A DNA stretch of 63,800 nt, the filler included, from Craspedostauros australis (lineage: Eukaryota), in NCBI GenBank assembly GCA_030167865.1. It is 5 parts of 5 records of this genome, joined end to end, with 100 filler letters (N's around TTAATTAATTAA, not from the genome) between each part and the next. Parts side by side here need not be neighbours in the genome. Positions count along the whole stretch, not along the records: positions 49,076 to 59,305 come from JALAGF010004973.1; positions 59,406 to 62,413 come from JALAGF010004976.1; positions 62,514 to 63,800 come from JALAGF010004996.1; 2 more parts are not named here. One strand, written 5' to 3'. The notes beneath the pieces are model-generated. The model worked only from the letters and a program-made list of their open reading frames with translations. It ran no database searches and had not been told where the DNA came from. Shown here piece by piece: positions 57,871-63,800 of this stretch. The stretch's first letter is position 1; the number at the start of each line of letters is the position of its first letter. Both the position numbers and the translations under genes were made by a program.

Positions 57871-58329
57871 ATGAAGTTCACTCTGTCTGCCATGATCTGC
57901 GCAGTGCTTCCGCTGGCCGCTCAAGCATCAGAGGTGCCCGATGGGCAACTGGAAAGCGGGGAGGATTCCCAATGAGATGCAATGGAAGGTGAAGCAATCA
58001 ACTCCATCCTCGAGGGAGATGGCACTGGAGCACCTCCACGCAACCTTCGAATTGGGAGGAAGGAGAGAAACAAAGAGCGCGAGAATGAGCATGATGACAG
58101 AGGAGCAGACAGAAGCGGAGGGCAGGGAGGACATCAAGCAGGACCACAAGGTATTGGGCAAGGTATCGGACAAGGCTCAGTACAACAGGGAGAAGATAGC
58201 TTCGGCCCACACTCGATACAGCGAAGATCCCGAGAATACGGAGGAACCCATGTAGGGGACGGAAGAGGATACCAAGGAGGATACTGAAGAGGATGGCCAG
58301 GTCCAGCACAAGGAGGCAACTGAGGATAG
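57871..58329 (+). pseudogene. Probable pseudogene of a secreted Gly/Gln/Arg-rich protein
   Basis: Clean signal peptide MKFTLSAMICAVLPLAAQA; in-frame TGA at 57973. The same frame continues DAMEGEAINSILEGDGTGAPPRNLR...GQGIGQGIGQG...GYQGGY, then TGA, RGWPGPAQGGN, TGA. Confidence 0.5.
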
Positions 58330-58838
58330 CACACAACACGGAGCACCGACAGGCTGGGTGATACACCACGAAGTAGGCATTCCAAGCCCTTCCCAACCAC
58401 ACCAGCGGTGAGGGAAGGACAGACCAACCAGACGGACTAGCTGGGATACACAATGGTCGCACAGGAACAGATCAAGAACAACGACAGGCCAACCCTGGCT
58501 GGACGGTGACAGGATGCACTGCATAGAACAGCAGCCTGTTCATTGTGAACCGCTCTGCACGAGTAGTATCACAACTATTAGAAATCTACCATGTTACATA
58601 TATACCACACACGACACAACCTGGTTTGATGGTGGTTCCTCGTTGGCTCCAGAGATGCCATACCACATCACTCCACTGTCATGGTCCGCCCCTCATGTCG
58701 CCACATCTTCAATCCTCTTGCATGCAGTCTGCGCTGGCGTTGGTTCTCGCCGCATTCCACATTCCACCGCTGCTGCCTCCAGCCACCTCCTGTTCTCTGT
58801 TGTTTCGCTGACTTCGTCGATGTGTGTCGGAAGCCGGT

Positions 58839-59252
58839 TCAAGCTGAAGAGTACGTCAACTGGACACTGAATCTCTCGGTCTTCCCATGCTCGCTGCGGG
58901 GAATACCCGTTTCCTCCAGCACCTCCGACGCCGGGGACTTACCGGTCGGCATCGCGATGTACGACGCAAGGTGGGCCTCATCAGCTTCTGCTTGTGTTAT
59001 GGCTGCGTCTCTGGCTTCCTCCTCGATTGCTATGAGGTCGGTGTCGATCCCAGTTTCGACTTCTGCCAGGAATTTTTGAAGCTTCTGTTCTCCATGTTCC
59101 TCCGCCACGTACTTGGGTGCCGCTTGTTCCACCCTTCGCATGAAGGCAGCCTTCATCTCGCCATGTTTGTTCTCCAATGCCTTGGCGGCAGCACGATCAC
59201 CAGCACCTGTTGTTGTGCTCATTTTGGCTGCATCAGCATCGGCCTGGCTCAT
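58839..59252 (-). CDS. Hypothetical alpha-helical Ala/Glu-rich ORF (possibly partial or TE-derived)
   Basis: Protein-like composition; the frame is open toward the contig end. No family recognised. Confidence 0.3.
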   Translation of the reverse strand: MSQADADAAKMSTTTGAGDRAAAKALENKHGEMKAAFMRRVEQAAPKYVAEEHGEQKLQKFLAEVETGIDTDLIAIEEEARDAAITQAEADEAHLASYIAMPTGKSPASEVLEETGIPRSEHGKTERFSVQLTYSSA

Positions 59253-59305
59253 CGTTCGATTCACAAGGCTGCCTGGTCGGCTCGCCACGCAGTACACGCG
59301 ATCTT

Positions 59306-59405
59306 NNNNNNNNNNNNNNNNNNNNNNNNNNNNNNNNNNNNNNNNNNNNTTAATTAATTAANNNNNNNNNNNNNNNNNNNNNNNNNNNNNNNNNNNNNNN
59401 NNNNN
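59306..59405. other. Artificial contig spacer
   Basis: N-TTAATTAATTAA-N. Confidence 0.97.
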
Positions 59406-62400
59406 GGGAACTCATCCAACGAACTAACCCACGACCGCGGGTCACAAACGGATGATGGCAACGACGGTGCGAGCATATCCGTCTCGTCCGCAGTACGCCA
59501 ACATCAGACGGCCCAAAGTACTCCGGGCAAGTCCTTCGACAGTGCATGGAAACAACTGCAGTTCATCTTCCAGAAGTTCGTCAAGGCGATCTGCACGCCT
59601 CAAAAGCCGNNNNNNNNNNNNNNNNNNNNNNNNNNNNNNNNNNNNNNNNNNNNNNNNNNATGTTCCTCGGTGTCATCCGCCAGGAGACCGACCCACACAG
59701 CAACGAAGCCATGGAGCTGACTGAAGACGCACCACTTCGCACAGGCTTCTTGGACGTCCTGTCGGCCAGGAAGCTCGAACAAATCACCGTCCAAAACCTA
59801 TCCTCCAGGACCCTGACGAAGTTAGTGTCGGAACTGCTGGATCGACCAGCGGAGGATGTGGCCGTCCTCTCCAAGAAGCTGTATGCCAAAACCCAGGGCA
59901 ACGTGTACTTCACGCTGCAGGCCTTGGAGGAGCTGGAGCGCAAGAACATCCTCATCTACAGCCGCATCTTCTTCCAGTGGGAATGGAACCTTGGCGACGA
60001 TGAAGAGCTCCCCGTGAGCGACAACATCGTTAGCGCGATCGAATCCAAGCTCAACGAGTTGCCGGAGCAACTCCAGCTGGTGCTGTCCGTCGCCGCCTAC
60101 ATCCGTGCCAGCTTCGACCTCCAGACGCTCTGGCTGGTGCTGCAAAACGAGGCCCAGCATGCCGCGAGTGTCTTCTCCACCATGCCAGGGCCCAGCAGCA
60201 AGGAAGGCGCCCCTGTTTCTCGAAAGTCATTCCAGGAGCACGCCGTTGCCAAACCGATGGATGCCAACGAAGTGTCTCGCCTTCTGGAGCAGGCCGTGTT
60301 GGAGCGACTCATCCTCAACCCCATCGGTGGATCGAACTATCGATTCGCTCACGATCGGATCCAGCAGGCCGCCTACGGTATGATCCCGTACGGCGAACAG
60401 CGAGAAATGCTGCGAGTGCGCATCGGTCACTGCCTGCTCGATCACTATCGCGGACTCGCGGATGCGAATCAGTCAACATTGGACTCATCTCCTCCGTCAA
60501 CAAACAACAATGCAGACCAGGCCAACGATGCTGATGGCCTCTTGTTTGTTGCGGCAGACCATCTGAACAGCGTCCAGTGCAAGGACCACATGTTCTCAGT
60601 CGTGATGAACTTGGAAGTCGGCGAGAAGGCCCTGCAAATGGCCGCCCTCGCACCGGCTGCTGGGTACTTGCAAAAGGCCACCAATGCCCTTCGGCGGGTT
60701 CAAAATCCTTGGGATGAGCACTACTCCGTATGCTTTCGACTGTATTCAGCCAGATCGGCCGTCGAGCTGTCTCTCGGTCACTTCGATGTGGGCTACAAGC
60801 TCGGTTACGAAGCCATCGACAAGGCTCACAGTCTGGATGAGAAGCTCCCTATCTACCTCTCCATCATGCACAACCTGGGTCGCGAAAATCGTCACCTTGA
60901 AGCACTCAAGATTGGTCTTAGCACAATGCGCCAAATCAACGAGTTCCCCAAGCGCTTCCTTGCCATACACGCAGTGGCGGGGCTGAGCAAAGTTAGGGCT
61001 TACTTCAAAGCGTACACTGACGAAGATATCCTGAATCTCCCGCTGAATCAAGACCCGAGGAAGGTCATCACGATGGAATTTTGCAACGAGATAGGTCTCC
61101 GAGCCCACAGGTGCAAGAACATGCTCAAATGTGCCTTAGCCAATTTCGCCTGCATACGGACCACATTTGAATGTGGGATCTCCGAGCACTCAGCCATGGC
61201 CATCACGGGGTTCGGCATGATGGGTCTGGCAACGGGTGATTTCGAGTTGGCCATCCGCTGCGGAGATTTAGCGCATCGTATTGTCCGAAAAACGAATGGT
61301 ACGGCAGCAGCTGGCTGGATTACATTGATTACGTCAATGTATATTGATCCGTATACTATGCCTTTTGCCGACATCATCCCACGGCTTCGCACGGGATACG
61401 TGGTCTCGATGGAGGCAGGCGAATTTGAAGTCGGTTTCATCAACTGGCAGACCAGCAATGTCTTCGCGTTCGTCGCAGGCTACGAACTCAAATCATTGCT
61501 CAAAGCAGCAGAGATCACCCACGAGCAATACCGGATGTACCGCATCGAAGGCCTGCTTCGCACAGTCGAAACATTCCTCATGATGCTTCGAGTGCTCTCC
61601 GGAGCCGAACCTCCTGACTGGGACAAGCTGGAAGAACAATCACGAAGAAACTTGAACAAGGAGAAGCTCGATGGATCTGAGACCTACGTCCTCCTTCCGT
61701 ACTTTCAGGCCACGCTCATCCTCGCAGTGTACATGCGACGCCACCACATTGCGCAAGGCCTGCTCAAGTGCTTCAACTTCATTGCGAGCGAAGACACTTC
61801 TTTGGTGACGGTTGCGCCGCGTGAATTCTTCGGTGGTCTGATCTGTGCCAATCTTTACCGCGAGACCGGCAAGAAGAAGCACCTGCGCAAAATGCAGAAG
61901 CTTCACAAGCAACTGCGGACCGTCACAACCGCAAAAGGACCCAACTGCCTGCATTACGCCTTGATTCTAGATGCCGAAGAGCTCGCCATCCGCAAGGGTA
62001 GAAGGAAGGTGCGGAGCGTGAAGAACGCTTACGACAAGGCCATCGCAGTTTCCGCCAGGTCATCTTACATCCAAGACGCTGGTCTAACTTGCGAGATGGC
62101 TGGTGAGTACTTCGTGCTGCATGGGCAGAAGGAGCTGGCCACGGAGTACCTTTCTAAGTCGGTGCAGTATTTCAAGGCATGGGGTGGCATCTTCAAAATT
62201 GATGATATCAAGCAGCGGAGATCAGAGTACATCAGAGACCTTTCAATGGAGGGTGGTGGCCTCCCAGGCATCCGTTCTCATGGCATCCTTTCTGGTACTG
62301 GCGGGGGAGTGTCGCAGCACGCCTCCGAGGGAGCCAAGATCATTCTGGTGTCAACGTACACCCCCGCTACGTCCCATATTGCGCACAGTATGAAGAGCGC

Positions 62401-62413
62401 CAGCCAATCGGCA
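59406..62413 (+). CDS. STAND-class (COG3899/AAA_16-type) ATPase with winged-helix and TPR-like superhelix; partial at both ends
   Basis: Pre-gap frame ...LQFIFQKFVKAICTPQKP| stops just before the expected Walker B (in the 59610-59659 gap). Then KTQGNVYFTLQAL, WEWNL, KLNELP, YRFAHDRIQQAAY, NLEVGEKA, AYDKAI, YFKAWGGIFK. Confidence 0.85.
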
Positions 62414-62513
62414 NNNNNNNNNNNNNNNNNNNNNNNNNNNNNNNNNNNNNNNNNNNNTTAATTAATTAANNNNNNNNNNNNNNNNNNNNNNNNNNNNNNN
62501 NNNNNNNNNNNNN
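62414..62513. other. Artificial contig spacer
   Basis: N44-TTAATTAATTAA-N44. Confidence 0.97.
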
Positions 62514-63496
62514 GGCATAAGCATGTGACACTTGTGGACTTCATCAATCTACTTGCAGAAGACATGATACAAAACAACAAAGACCGCATTGCAAGATGTG
62601 ACCAAACACTTGTTGTTGGCATCAGTGCAACATCAAGTGATACAACCAGCAACGATTCACAACGAGGTATAGAGATTGATCCACTACCACCAAGGCCAAA
62701 AGAAAGGAACACAATGTTCGAAATATGCAATCATTGCATTCGAGTCACCGAAGACTCCATCCCNNNNNNNNNNNNNNNNNNNNNNNNNNNNNNNNNNNNN
62801 NNNNNNNNNNNNNGTACACAAACTCCAAGGGGCAGAAAGTGATGGGGTGGAGGAAGAAAAGAGGCAAGTGCTGCAGATGCAAGAAGAGTGTCAAGTACGT
62901 CTGCCACGGATGCCCTTCTGCAGCAGCGAATAAAACGGTGTGGTGTTGCTCTCCACTTGGGGAAGATGGCAGCAGAAGCACTTGCTTTGTGCAACATGCA
63001 TTGAATCACATCGAGGACCCTGGACTGACTGTCTGAACTTAACCACAGTACCATAATATGGACGGAATGTATGATGTATTGGAATGTTGAGCATTGGTGA
63101 TGGCTCCAGGATGAAGCAAGATGACCACTGCATAGTTGCACTGAAATTCTCCACGATGCATCGTGGTGATTGGCATTCGTGAATGTCAATATCGAGTGGT
63201 GGCCCCAGAGAAACGAGCAGATCTCGACACCTACCCAACCAATCGCCACCAAACTTGGAGAGGGTGATTAAAAGCCACACATGAGAATGCTCACAAAAGG
63301 AGAGCTCAAACAAATGGAGCGGCATGGACTTGCCGAAGAGGTTTGTGTCAAAAATGGTGGTTTTTGGGCCGGTTCGCGTGGGACTGACGTACAAAATGTA
63401 CCAGCGTCTACGTCAAAATCGACTCATACGACTAGATACCAATTGTTCCCAATGGTTACCAAAAAATTGGCCTCCATCCAAGCCAAAAGCCACTAG
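62514..63496 (+). mobile_element. 3' portion of a piggyBac-like DNA transposon (transposase C-terminus + terminal region)
   Basis: ORF remnant 62514-63036: TLVDFINLLAEDMI (end of catalytic domain) and Cys-rich tail KRGKCCRCKKSVKYVCHGC...VWCC...CFVQH, matching the piggyBac C-terminal zinc-binding domain pattern. The downstream 360 bp is repeated at 33054-33412. Confidence 0.7.
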
Positions 63497-63800
63497 TATT
63501 CTCTATCCACCCATCAGTACCTATCAGCATCATGCCTGACCTAGACTGATAACTAGCTAGAATATCCTAGTCTCCCAATTGAGTCCAGTCATGTATCTAT
63601 TGTTGCCAGTACTGGATCGAGTCCGGTAACGTCCGTGACTGAGACCAGTCAGTCGAGTCCAACCATGCGAGACTCGACTCAGTTGTATCTGCGGTGTCAA
63701 CATATGGAAACGTGCGACCACCAAAACTTGACGCCAAAACATGGAAGCAAAGTAAATGGGCGACCAGGTGGCGCAGGTTTGGAATTCAGGCGTGGTTCTT

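Noticed and set aside
57973..57975. Selenocysteine recoding of the in-frame TGA
   Set aside because: No redox motif context or recognisable SECIS; several TGAs plus a TAG in a low-complexity secreted sequence fit decay better.
29477..62513. Recurrent TTAATTAATTAA as piggyBac target sites or a biological repeat
   Set aside because: Always centred in a 100-nt N spacer; it is an artificial six-frame-stop linker. Stops and ORF ends at these points are artefacts.
1..63800. tRNA, rRNA, snoRNA, CRISPR or telomeric arrays
   Set aside because: None recognised by eye; a tRNAscan-SE/Infernal run would be needed to exclude small RNAs, especially in the long introns.

Overview
Eukaryotic nuclear DNA, almost certainly from a diatom: nuclear atpC with a bipartite signal+AF transit presequence, GT-AG introns, and two DUF6824 proteins. 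A raphid pennate is plausible, but the species cannot be determined from sequence alone. The window is five contigs joined by 100-nt artificial spacers (N44-TTAATTAATTAA-N44 at 29477-29576, 48976-49075, 59306-59405, 62414-62513), so adjacency across those points is not evidence. About 25 protein genes are supported, ten with hand-placed introns. Housekeeping genes: AFG2-like AAA ATPase, RRP40, 1-Cys peroxiredoxin, DUS, UNC-50, V-ATPase G, NTAN1, MDR oxidoreductase, organellar AsnRS, CBS protein, WDR46/UTP7. Plastid-targeted genes: atpC, a spliced minimal 2Fe-2S protein that the ORF track misses, and an NTF2/DUF4864-like protein. The more unusual content is: (1) two inverted pairs of secreted low-complexity proteins bracketing contigs 1 and 2, one with silaffin/cingulin-like KxxK and conserved RxL processing motifs, the other a mucin-like Cys-solenoid protein with a hypervariable loop; (2) a CRAL-TRIO + DUF6824 fusion plus a TF-like DUF6824 protein (candidate lipid-responsive regulator); (3) a bacterial-type secreted Endonuclease I with a GPI-like tail; (4) a COG3899-type STAND ATPase/TPR protein; (5) a piggyBac-like transposon end bounded by CTAG whose second copy sits at the duplication breakpoint; (6) an isochorismatase-fold protein with Cys->Ser; (7) a TGA-interrupted secreted-protein pseudogene. 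All family calls come from motif recognition by eye; no searches were run.
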